From assembly GCA_963755575.1 (NCBI GenBank), contig CAVWKF010000002.1, positions 1,418,728 to 1,442,727 of the forward strand: a DNA stretch of 24,000 bases, read 5' to 3'. Every line of letters starts with the position of its first letter. Within the stretch, counting starts at the first letter, position 1. This DNA comes from an uncultured Actinomycetota bacterium. Its GTDB lineage: Bacteria; Actinomycetota; Actinomycetes; Streptosporangiales; Streptosporangiaceae. This document shows positions 1-6,478 of this stretch, piece by piece. Below the pieces are notes generated by a model. It had not been told where the DNA came from. It saw nothing but the letters and a program-made list of their open reading frames with translations, and searched no databases. The translations under genes and the position numbers were made by a program.

Positions 1-212
1 TCAATCAGGGGCTGGCCTTCGGCCTCGGCAACCTCGCCTGGGCCTGCGGCCAGGGCATCGGTGCCGTCGCCTCGGGCGGGATTGCGCAGCTGACCTCAGA
101 CTTCGTGCCGTACGCGCTGCTGGCTGCGGTGTGCCTCGTGACTCTGCTGGCGACCGGTTCTCAGGGCCGTCAGCTCGTCGCCCGCGCGGTTGGGCGCGGC
201 CGCTCCGCATAG
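1..212 (+). CDS. 3' end of a membrane transporter gene (MFS-like), truncated by the window edge
   Basis: Frame 3 is open from the window edge to TAG at 210-212. It reads NQGLAFGLGNLAWACGQGIGAVASGGIAQLTSDFVPYALLAAVCLVTLLATGSQGRQLVARAVGRGRSA. That is two hydrophobic helix-like stretches followed by a basic tail, as in the last TM helices of MFS permeases. It is absent from the ORF track because no start codon lies in the window. Confidence 0.45.
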   Translation, partial: NQGLAFGLGNLAWACGQGIGAVASGGIAQLTSDFVPYALLAAVCLVTLLATGSQGRQLVARAVGRGRSA

Positions 213-338
213 GTTGCGTATGCGTTGGCGCCAGCCGGCCGCGGCCGCCGCTAGCCCGGTTAGCCTGGCCAGTAGGAATGCTCGCGGCCGTGAATGCCCG
301 GGCCGGCAGCAGCGTAGGCCGCGGGCTTGGAGGTGGCC

Positions 339-1178
339 ATGACGGGTCCGGACAGGCCTGCAGTTCCGCCGAGCGGGGATTCGCCGAGTGCAGACCCGCC
401 GATCGCAGGTGCGCGCCGCGCCGCCGTAGTCGGCTGGCTGGGCCGCGACCGTCTGGCGATCGCCGCGGGCCTGGGCTTGCCGCTTGCGCTGGCGGCGATC
501 CTGGTGCCATTCCGCACGAACTTCGCCAACACCGACGTGGCGCTGGCGATGATCTTGCTAGTGGTCGCCGTGGCCGCCACCGGGAACCGGCTGGCGGGCT
601 ACGTCGCGGCCGTCTCGGCGGCCGCCTGGTTCGACTTCTTCCTGACTCGCCCGTATGAGCAGTTCACCATCTCACGGGCGACTGATATCGAGACGACGGT
701 CTTGCTGCTGGTCATCGGCGTAGTGGTGACTGAGATCGCGGTCTGGGGACGGCGGCAGCATGCCACGGCCAGCAGGCGAGCCGGTTACCTGGACGGTATC
801 AACGACGCGGCCCGCGCGGTGGCGACCGGCGACTCGCCGGCCACGCTGACCGATCGGATTGCGGCCTCGCTCGCCCAGCTCTTGTCGCTGCGCTCCTGCC
901 AGTTCCAGTACGGCGTCGCCGGCATCGGCCGCCCGGCGAGGTTGCGCCATAACGGAAACGTCGTCCTGGAGGGCAAGACGTACGACCTTCGATCGGAAAG
1001 CCTGCCTGCGGAGGCCGGCATCGAGCTCCTGGTCGAGAGCGGCGGCAGGCTTCAAGGCCGATTCCTGATGCAGCCGCAGCCGGGCGCGCGGCCGACGCGC
1101 GAGCAACTGCTGGTCGCCGTGGCCCTCGCCGATCAGGCCGGCGCGGCCCTTGCCGCCAGTTATCCGGCCGGGACGTAG
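339..1178 (+). CDS. DUF4118 (KdpD-type transmembrane sensor domain) protein with a C-terminal GAF-like region
   Basis: This lies in the ORF 327-1178 frame. I prefer the ATG at 339 because GGAGG at 329-333 sits 5 nt upstream. The block FRTNFANTDVALAMILLVVAVAATGNRLAGYVAAVSAAAWFDFFLTRPYEQFTI is the characteristic DUF4118 membrane block. Confidence 0.7.
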   Translation: MTGPDRPAVPPSGDSPSADPPIAGARRAAVVGWLGRDRLAIAAGLGLPLALAAILVPFRTNFANTDVALAMILLVVAVAATGNRLAGYVAAVSAAAWFDFFLTRPYEQFTISRATDIETTVLLLVIGVVVTEIAVWGRRQHATASRRAGYLDGINDAARAVATGDSPATLTDRIAASLAQLLSLRSCQFQYGVAGIGRPARLRHNGNVVLEGKTYDLRSESLPAEAGIELLVESGGRLQGRFLMQPQPGARPTREQLLVAVALADQAGAALAASYPAGT

Positions 1179-1196
1179 CGTCTTCCTCCGCTCAGG

Positions 1197-1214
1197 CAAG
1201 CAAGCGCTTGGGAG
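1197..1214. promoter_or_regulatory. Candidate KstR2 operator upstream of kstR2 (autoregulation)
   Basis: The site is CAAGCAAGCGCTTGGGAG, which contains the perfect 10-bp palindrome CAAGCGCTTG (1201-1210). It shares CAAGCAA(G/A)CG with the sites at 2076 and 13174. As I recall, the published KstR2 operator is a palindrome built on CAAG-NN-CTTG. Confidence 0.55.
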
Positions 1215-1231
1215 GTTGGTCGGCCGCCAGC

Positions 1232-1237
1232 CATAAT
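1232..1237 (+). promoter_or_regulatory. Candidate -10 hexamer (CATAAT) giving a leaderless kstR2 mRNA
   Basis: CATAAT ends 6 nt before the ATG at 1244, and there is no SD in between. This geometry is typical of actinobacterial leaderless transcripts. Confidence 0.35.
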
Positions 1238-1243
1238 GGCTCG

Positions 1244-1891
1244 ATGGGCGCGACGCGGAAGAGCCAGCCTGTGAGCAGGGCGCCACGCGCCGCCAATGGC
1301 GCCGTCGGGTCGCAGCGGCGGGCAGACGTGGTCAGGATCGCGAGCGAACTGTTTGCCCAGAAGGGCTTCCGCGCCACGACCGTCCGGGAGATAGCCGAGG
1401 CAGCCGGGATTCTGTCCGGCAGCATCTACCATCACTTCGACTCCAAGGAAGCCATCGGCGACGAGGTGCTGGCCGGTTTCCTCAACGAGGTGCTCGCTGA
1501 TTATCGCTCGGCCGTCGCCACGGGCACCGATCCAGCCGACGTGCTCGAGCGCATCGTGCGATCCAGCAGCCACACGCTGGCCCGGCATCACGCAGCGCTG
1601 ACCATGCTGCAGAACGACTGGAATTACTTCAGCACGCAGCCGCGGTTCGCCTACATGCGCAAGGACCTGCGTGAGATCGAGCAGATCTGGATCAGCCAGC
1701 TCGAGCGCGGCAAGGAGGCCGGGGCCTTCCGCGACGACCTGGACGTCAGGCTGACCTACCGGCTCCTGCGCGACATCCTCTGGCTACCTATGAACTGGCG
1801 CCAGGCCGGCGGCTTCAGCACGGACCAGGTCGTGGACGCGTTGCTGCGGCTGCTGTTCGACGGGATTACCAGTCCATCTGCGATCCCGTAG
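1244..1891 (+). CDS. kstR2: TetR-family repressor, KstR2-like (HIP-CoA-responsive regulator of steroid ring C/D degradation)
   Basis: This lies in the ORF 1208-1891 frame. The internal ATG at 1244 is preferred because the operator and -10 lie just upstream. GFRATTVREIAEAAGILSGSIYHHFDSKEAI, QPRFAYMRKD and DLDVRLTYRLLRDILW align closely with my memory of M. tuberculosis Rv3557c (GLRATTVRDIADGAGILSGSLYHHFASKEEM, QPRFSYIEDR, DLDVDLVYRFIRDTTW). The gene also sits in a window that contains echA20-ipdABC. Confidence 0.85.
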   Translation: MGATRKSQPVSRAPRAANGAVGSQRRADVVRIASELFAQKGFRATTVREIAEAAGILSGSIYHHFDSKEAIGDEVLAGFLNEVLADYRSAVATGTDPADVLERIVRSSSHTLARHHAALTMLQNDWNYFSTQPRFAYMRKDLREIEQIWISQLERGKEAGAFRDDLDVRLTYRLLRDILWLPMNWRQAGGFSTDQVVDALLRLLFDGITSPSAIP

Positions 1892-1947
1892 CACCCGCTG
1901 ACCCGCTGAGGGCATGACAGGCTGCCGGTCGGACAGTGATCACGGAA

Positions 1948-1975
1948 GATCCGACACAGCCGGCTGTGTCGGATC
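1948..1975 (+). terminator. Perfect 28-nt palindrome (12-bp stem, CCGG centre) 57 nt after the kstR2 stop; a terminator-like hairpin without a U tract
   Basis: GATCCGACACAGCCGGCTGTGTCGGATC is its own reverse complement. Its position just after the stop codon suggests an I-shaped actinobacterial terminator. Confidence 0.5.
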
Positions 1976-2075
1976 GTCCACCAGGATCGGGCCGCGCGTC
2001 TGCCCTGCCAGATTCGGGCCGTGCATCTGCCTTCGGCCCTGGCTACCGCTCCGGCGGCGCTGTTACCCTGCTCAC

Positions 2076-2093
2076 CAAGCAAGCGTTTGTTTG
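2076..2093. promoter_or_regulatory. Candidate KstR2 operator upstream of the SDR-SDR-PPOX genes
   Basis: CAAGCAAGCGTTTGTTTG matches an idealised palindrome CAAGCAAG-CG-CTTGCTTG at 16 of 18 positions. This is the best of the three sites. Confidence 0.6.
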
Positions 2094-2111
2094 ACCTGCT
2101 CGCGCCCGCGA

Positions 2112-2211
2112 GTGCACTGATACACCGGAAGCACTCACACACCGAAGCACTGGCACACCAGAAGCACTGGCACACCTGAAGCACTGACACACCAGAAGCA
2201 CTGACACACCA
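2112..2211. repeat. Tandem array of a 16-17 bp unit GAAGCACTG(G/A)CACACC(A/T): five good copies plus one degenerate leading copy
   Basis: The units are 2112-2127 (gtgcactgatacaccg, degenerate), 2128-2143, 2144-2160, 2161-2177, 2178-2194 and 2195-2211. Units 2178-2194 and 2195-2211 are identical to each other. The array runs straight into GAGG (2212-2215) and the ATG at 2221. Confidence 0.9.
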
Positions 2212-2220
2212 GAGGTGACG

Positions 2221-2985
2221 ATGGGCCGGCTCGACGGGAAGGTAGCGCTGATCACAGGCGGCGCGCGGGGCATGGGCAAGTCGCACGCCCGGCACTTCGT
2301 CGCGCAGGGCGCCAAGGTCGTGCTCGGCGACATCCTCGACGACAAGGGCAAGGAACTAGCCGCCGAACTCGGCGAGGACAACTGCCGCTACATCCACCAG
2401 GACGTGACCAGCGAGGCTGACTGGGCCGCCGCCGTGGCCGCGACCACGCAGGCGTTCGGCACCCTGAACGTGCTTGTCAACAACGCTGGCATCCTGGCGA
2501 ACAAGAAGATCGCCGACATGACCCTGGCTGAATTCCGCCGGGTCATCGACGTGAACCTGATCGGCGAATGGCTCGGCGTCAAGAACGTGATCGAACCGAT
2601 GACGGCAGCCGGCGGCGGCTCGATCATCAACATTTCCTCGGTCGAGGGGTTCACTGGGGCGGCTGGCATGTCCGCTTACAGTGCCAGCAAGTTCGGGATC
2701 AGGGGCGTCACCAGGTCGGCGGCACAGGAGCTTGGAAAGCTAGGCATCCGCGTCAACTCGGTGCATCCAGGCGGCATCATGACCACCATGACCGCGACCG
2801 CGTTCGAATCCTTCACCGACATTAGCGACGGCGAGGGCTTCATGCGGTCGCTGCCGATTTCGCGCTTCGCCAAGTCGTCCGAGGTATCCCACCTGGTCGT
2901 CTACCTCGCGTCGGACGAGTCGTCCTATTGCACGGGCAGCGAGTTCGTGGTCGACGGGGGCATGCTGTCCGGACCTGGCTACTGA
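2221..2985 (+). CDS. Classical SDR, 3-alpha/20-beta-hydroxysteroid dehydrogenase-like (Rv3549c-like position in the KstR2 regulon)
   Basis: The ATG at 2221 has GAGG 5 nt upstream. The track's GTG at 2215 is an alternative start. It carries the TGGARGMG cofactor motif, NNAG, and S...YSASK catalytic residues. It looks very similar overall to the Streptomyces 3a/20b-HSD and Mtb FabG3 type (VNSVHPG..TPMT). Confidence 0.85.
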   Translation: MGRLDGKVALITGGARGMGKSHARHFVAQGAKVVLGDILDDKGKELAAELGEDNCRYIHQDVTSEADWAAAVAATTQAFGTLNVLVNNAGILANKKIADMTLAEFRRVIDVNLIGEWLGVKNVIEPMTAAGGGSIINISSVEGFTGAAGMSAYSASKFGIRGVTRSAAQELGKLGIRVNSVHPGGIMTTMTATAFESFTDISDGEGFMRSLPISRFAKSSEVSHLVVYLASDESSYCTGSEFVVDGGMLSGPGY

Positions 2986-3001
2986 CAAAGGAGCTGCCAG
3001 C

Positions 3002-3949
3002 ATGACCGACCAGCTAAGCCTCGATGGCCGCGCGGCGATCGTGACCGGCGCGGGCCACGGCCTTGGCCGGGCAGAGGCGCTAGGGCTCGCCGCCGCTGGC
3101 GCCAGTCTCATTATTAATGACATGGACGGGAACGGGGCCGACGACACCGCCGCCGAGATCAGGGCCGCGGGCGGCACCGCGGTGACCAGCGCCGGCGACA
3201 TCGGGGAGTGGTCGACAGCGCAGGAGCTGCTCGCCACAGCGCTGCGCGAGTTCGGCAGGCTGGACATCCTCGTCAACAACGCCGGGGTGCTCCGCGACCG
3301 GATGATCTTCTCGATGTCGCCGGACGAGTGGGACGTGGTGTTGCGCACGCACCTGCGCGGCCATTTCCTAACCAGCCGGGTAGCCACGGCGTACTGGCGG
3401 GAGGCGAGCAAGCAGGCCGGCGGTGAGGTGTACGCGCGGGTCATCAACACCTCTTCCGAGGCGTTCCTGCTGGGCTCGTCGGGTCAGCCGAACTACGCGG
3501 CCGCCAAGGGCGGCATCACCGCGCTGACGCTTACGACCGCGCGTAGCTGCGCCCGGTACGGCGTGCGGGCGAACGCGATCTGCCCGCGCGGGCGGACGGC
3601 GATGACGGGCGACCTGATGGGCGCCGCGCCCGCGGACGGGCCCGATCCGCTCGGCGCGGAATACGTCGCGCCCCTGGTGACCTACCTCGCGAGTCCAGCC
3701 GCCGCGAACATCAACGGCGAGGTCTTCGTGGTGCACGGGGGCGTGGCGGCCGTGATGGCAGCACCGACGGTGGCGGCCACGTTCCATGCCAATGAGCACG
3801 GGTCGCCGGACGGGATGTGGACGCTGGACGCCATCGCCGACGCCCTATCTGGCTTTGAGACCGGGCCGTCGGGCGCCGGGTTCCTGTGTGAGGACACCCT
3901 CGCGCTGGCCACGGAGACGATCGGATTCGGGGCGGGCGGGAGTCGGTAG
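3002..3949 (+). CDS. SDR family oxidoreductase with a C-terminal extension (Rv3548c-like; MFE-2-type hydroxyacyl-CoA dehydrogenase-like)
   Basis: It has TGAGHGLGR, NNAGVLRD and YAAAKGG motifs. Its length (315 aa) and its position directly after the first SDR mirror the Rv3549c-Rv3548c pair as I recall it. Confidence 0.8.
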   Translation: MTDQLSLDGRAAIVTGAGHGLGRAEALGLAAAGASLIINDMDGNGADDTAAEIRAAGGTAVTSAGDIGEWSTAQELLATALREFGRLDILVNNAGVLRDRMIFSMSPDEWDVVLRTHLRGHFLTSRVATAYWREASKQAGGEVYARVINTSSEAFLLGSSGQPNYAAAKGGITALTLTTARSCARYGVRANAICPRGRTAMTGDLMGAAPADGPDPLGAEYVAPLVTYLASPAAANINGEVFVVHGGVAAVMAAPTVAATFHANEHGSPDGMWTLDAIADALSGFETGPSGAGFLCEDTLALATETIGFGAGGSR

Positions 3950-4428
3950 TGGCGAAGCAGCGCGACCGCGTCCAGATGAGTGACGCCCAGGTCGCGGCCA
4001 TGCTGGCCGGAAATCGCAAAGTTCAGCTCGCGACGATCAATCCGGACGGCTATCCGCACCTGGTCACGATGTATTACGCGCTCGTGGATGGCAAGATCGC
4101 GTTCTGGACGTACCGGACGTCGCAGAAGGCACTGAACCTGGCTCGCGACCCGCGCATCAGCTGCCTGATTGAGACCGGGGAGGCGTACTTCGACCTGCGC
4201 GGCGTGCAGATTCAGGGCACGGTCGAGACCATCACGGACGTCGACGCGGTCCTCAAGATCGGCATGTCCATCGGCGAAGTCATGGGAGGATCGCTGGCCG
4301 GCGGACCGGGCGGGCAGAGCGGTGACGCGATCACCGACTATGTGGCGAATGCGGCCCGGAAGCGCTACGGCTATATCGTCGATCCGGTCAGGATCATCTC
4401 CTGGGATCACTCCAAGCTGCTCGGATAG
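3949..4428 (+). CDS. Pyridoxamine 5'-phosphate oxidase-fold (PPOX class, probably F420-dependent) split-barrel oxidoreductase
   Basis: VQLATINPDGYPHLVTMYYALVDGKIAFWTYRTSQKALNLARDPRISCLIETGEAYFDLRGVQIQG is the typical PPOX/FDOR core. The GTG at 3949 overlaps the SDR stop TAG (3947-3949) by 1 nt. The ATG at 3976 is an alternative start. Confidence 0.75.
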   Translation: MAKQRDRVQMSDAQVAAMLAGNRKVQLATINPDGYPHLVTMYYALVDGKIAFWTYRTSQKALNLARDPRISCLIETGEAYFDLRGVQIQGTVETITDVDAVLKIGMSIGEVMGGSLAGGPGGQSGDAITDYVANAARKRYGYIVDPVRIISWDHSKLLG

Positions 4429-4466
4429 CGGCAGGGCGCCCAACCTGCGCCGCTCGCGCGCGAGAC

Positions 4467-4490
4467 CTCATCGCTGTACCGATGAGTTTT
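4467..4490 (+). terminator. Canonical intrinsic terminator: 7-bp stem CTCATCG/CGATGAG, 6-nt loop, TTTT tail
   Basis: The sequence is read directly. It lies 39 nt after the PPOX stop and closes the kstR2-SDR-SDR-PPOX block. Confidence 0.5.
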
Positions 4491-4551
4491 GCCGCTCGCG
4501 TTCGTTTCACATGGCATCACGTATCAACTGACTGCCAAGGAGGCTGCTGCC

Positions 4552-4995
4552 ATGGACTTCAAGCTCGAGCTCGTCATACTCCCGGTCGACGATATTGACC
4601 GGGCCAAGGCCTTCTACATCGACCAGGCCGGCTTCCGGCTGGATGTCGATCACCGGGCCGGCGAGGATTTCCGCATCGTCCAGCTCACACCCGCGGGGTC
4701 GGCGTGCTCGGTAACTCTCATGCGCAATCCGGAGGCCGCCGGCTCGATCCAGGGCCTGCACCTCATCGTGACCGACATCGACGCGGCCAGGGCCGAGCTT
4801 GCTGGCCGCGGCATGGACGTCAGCGAGGTGTTCCACTTCGGCGCCGGCGGCCAGGTGCCCGGCCCCGACCCGCAGCGGGCCAGATACAACTCGTTCCTGT
4901 CGTTCAGCGACCCCGACGGCAACGGCTGGCTCGTCCAGGAGGTCCAGGAGGTCGAGGAGGTCCAGGAGGTCAAGGCGGGCGAGGCGGCGCGGTGA
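4552..4995 (+). CDS. VOC (glyoxalase/bleomycin resistance/dioxygenase) family protein
   Basis: The ATG at 4552 follows AAGGAGG at 4537-4543. The track start at 4489 is rejected. The N-terminus MDFKLELVILPVDDIDRAKAFY and the ending FSDPDGNGWLVQE are typical VOC. The C-terminus carries a QEV repeat. Confidence 0.8.
   Translation: MDFKLELVILPVDDIDRAKAFYIDQAGFRLDVDHRAGEDFRIVQLTPAGSACSVTLMRNPEAAGSIQGLHLIVTDIDAARAELAGRGMDVSEVFHFGAGGQVPGPDPQRARYNSFLSFSDPDGNGWLVQEVQEVEEVQEVKAGEAAR
4933..4977 (+). repeat. 9-bp in-frame tandem repeat GTCCAGGAG x4 plus one degenerate copy, encoding (VQE/VEE)n at the VOC C-terminus
   Basis: The copies are 4933-4941, 4942-4950, 4951-4959 (GTCGAGGAG), 4960-4968 and 4969-4977 (GTCAAGGCG). 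Each copy contains an SD-like AGGAG. Confidence 0.85.
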
Positions 4996-5984
4996 GCGCG
5001 GGCGCCGCGCTCGCGAATGCTGCGGCCGCGGGCGACCAGGCCGCGTTTGACGAGCTAGCCAGGCTGCACCGCCGCGAACTGCACCTGCACTGCTACCGGA
5101 TGCTCGCGTCCTTCGATGACGCCGAGGACGCAGTCCAGGAAGCGCTGCTGCGAGCCTGGCGCGGGCGGGAAGGCCTGAGCCACGGTCCCGAATACCGAGC
5201 GTGGCTCTATCGCATCGCCACGAACGTGTGCCTGGATATGCTCCGCCAGCGGTCGCGCCAGGCAGCGGCGGTGACCACCTACGCCGACGTGCCGTGGCTG
5301 CAGCCGTATCCCGATCTGCTGCTGGATGAGGTGTCCGTTGGCGACGAGCCAGCGGACGTGGCCATCGAGCGCGAGACGATCGAGCTAGCGTTCCTGGCCG
5401 CTCTCCAGGTACTGCCGCCGCGGCAGCGGGCCGCGCTGATCGTCCGGGACGTGCTCGGCTGGTCCGCTGCCGATGCCGCCGCGCTGCTCGGCATCAGCGT
5501 TGCCGCGGCCAACAGCGCTGTCCAGCGCGCCCGATCGCAGCTCCGCGAGCACCTGCCGCCACGGCGCGCGGACTGGCCGGCCAGGCAGCCGAGTGCCGCC
5601 GAACGCCAGCTGCTGGCGCAGTTCATCGAGGCGCACGAGCGGTATGACCCGGAGGCAATCCTGAGGATCTCGGCCGCGGACATCAGGGTCACCATGCCGC
5701 CATATCCGTACTGCTTCCAAGGCCTGGACGGCATGGCGCCGCTGTTGGAGCGGGCCTTCGGGCCGAACCGGGACGGCGACTGGCGGCTCTTGCCGACCGC
5801 CACCAACAGGATGCCCGCCGCCGGAAGCTACCTGCGGCGGCCGGGCGACACGCTCTTTCGCCCATTCAAGCTCGACGTGCTGCGGGTCGCCGACGGCGTC
5901 ATCGCCGAGATCACGACCTTCGGCCCGGCCTTGTTCCCGGCCCTCGGCCTGCCGTCGTCACTGGCAGGAGACGCGCTTTCCTGA
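4992..5984 (+). CDS. ECF sigma factor with a C-terminal SnoaL/NTF2-like extension (TIGR02960, SigG/ECF56-like)
   Basis: It lies in the same frame as track ORF 4704-5984. The first 96 codons of that ORF overlap the VOC gene and are Arg/Gly/Pro junk. The GTG at 4992 overlaps the VOC stop (GTGA, 4992-4995) and GAGG lies 7 nt upstream. The signatures are ELHLHCYRMLASFDDAEDAVQEALLRAW, WLYRIATNVCLDMLR and region 4 ALIVRDVLGWSAADAAALLGISVAAANSAVQRAR. A further extension of about 130 aa follows. Confidence 0.8.
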   Translation: MSAGAALANAAAAGDQAAFDELARLHRRELHLHCYRMLASFDDAEDAVQEALLRAWRGREGLSHGPEYRAWLYRIATNVCLDMLRQRSRQAAAVTTYADVPWLQPYPDLLLDEVSVGDEPADVAIERETIELAFLAALQVLPPRQRAALIVRDVLGWSAADAAALLGISVAAANSAVQRARSQLREHLPPRRADWPARQPSAAERQLLAQFIEAHERYDPEAILRISAADIRVTMPPYPYCFQGLDGMAPLLERAFGPNRDGDWRLLPTATNRMPAAGSYLRRPGDTLFRPFKLDVLRVADGVIAEITTFGPALFPALGLPSSLAGDALS

Positions 5985-6478
5985 AGCGTAGTCGCTGACT
6001 CGGCCGCGCTCGCCGACGTGTGCCTTTTGGCGTTCGGGCACTTCGGATGGCACGTGGCGACCTTCGTCCCTATGTTCGGGCGGCCGACGGCCGCATTCTG
6101 AAAGGAGCTGGTGAGTCTGCGCCTGTCTACGCTTGCGGTCGCGCAGGCGGACCAGCTGGAGGATTCGTGCGTCATCGGGTTGTTTCGCTCGAGGCGGCGC
6201 TGGCCATCGCGATGGCAATCCTCACGATCGCGTGCGCATCCTGATGGACATCGCGGCCTTCTTCCACACGCTCGTGGCGGCGCCCTTGCCTCGGTCCCCC
6301 GATGCCACCCCGCTTTCGACTGACCGCTCGCGGGGTGCCGGAACCTGATGTCGCCAGCTGCTGCAGCGTGCTGGCGTGCCTGTTGGAGCTGCCTTCGGCC
6401 TGGACTGGAGACGACTGGCGGCTCTGGTCGGATGTGGACAAACAGGATGCCCGGCCGTCCGTGAGGTCTAGAAAGCGG

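Noticed and set aside
1-510. A 169-aa minus-strand ORF at the window start, and overlapping plus-strand ORFs at 131-658 and 260-580
   Set aside because: Their composition is extremely Arg/Pro/Gly/Ala-rich. They overlap the better-supported transporter 3' end and the DUF4118 gene.
2112-2211. The 17-bp array as a CRISPR array, or the TGGCAC in its units as sigma-54 -24 elements
   Set aside because: The units are directly abutting with no spacers, and 17 bp is too short for CRISPR repeats. The sigma-54 downstream TTGC element is missing, and Actinobacteria generally lack sigma-54.
1756-2381. Cys-rich repetitive minus-strand ORFs (VSVLQVCQCFWCASAS...) that could suggest a repeat peptide or RiPP precursor
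   Set aside because: The repetition is simply the antisense translation of the 17-bp tandem array. The ORFs overlap the kstR2 3' end and the SDR 5' end, and they have no SD or start context.
3682-4443. A 253-aa minus-strand ORF
   Set aside because: It lies antisense to the PPOX-fold gene and the SDR 3' end. It has no motifs and a junk-like composition.
4704-4991. An upstream extension of the ECF56 sigma ORF (track start 4704, 426 aa)
   Set aside because: The extension overlaps the VOC gene in another frame and reads as Arg/Gly/Pro repeats. The GTG at 4992 gives the family-typical length of about 330 aa and a GTGA coupling overlap.
5985-6101. An in-frame continuation after the sigma factor TGA (SVVADSAALADVCLLAFGHFGWHVATFVPMFGRPTAAF), considered as stop-codon readthrough
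   Set aside because: There is no known readthrough context. The sigma protein already has its full family length. A 38-codon open stretch after a stop is unremarkable in high-GC DNA.
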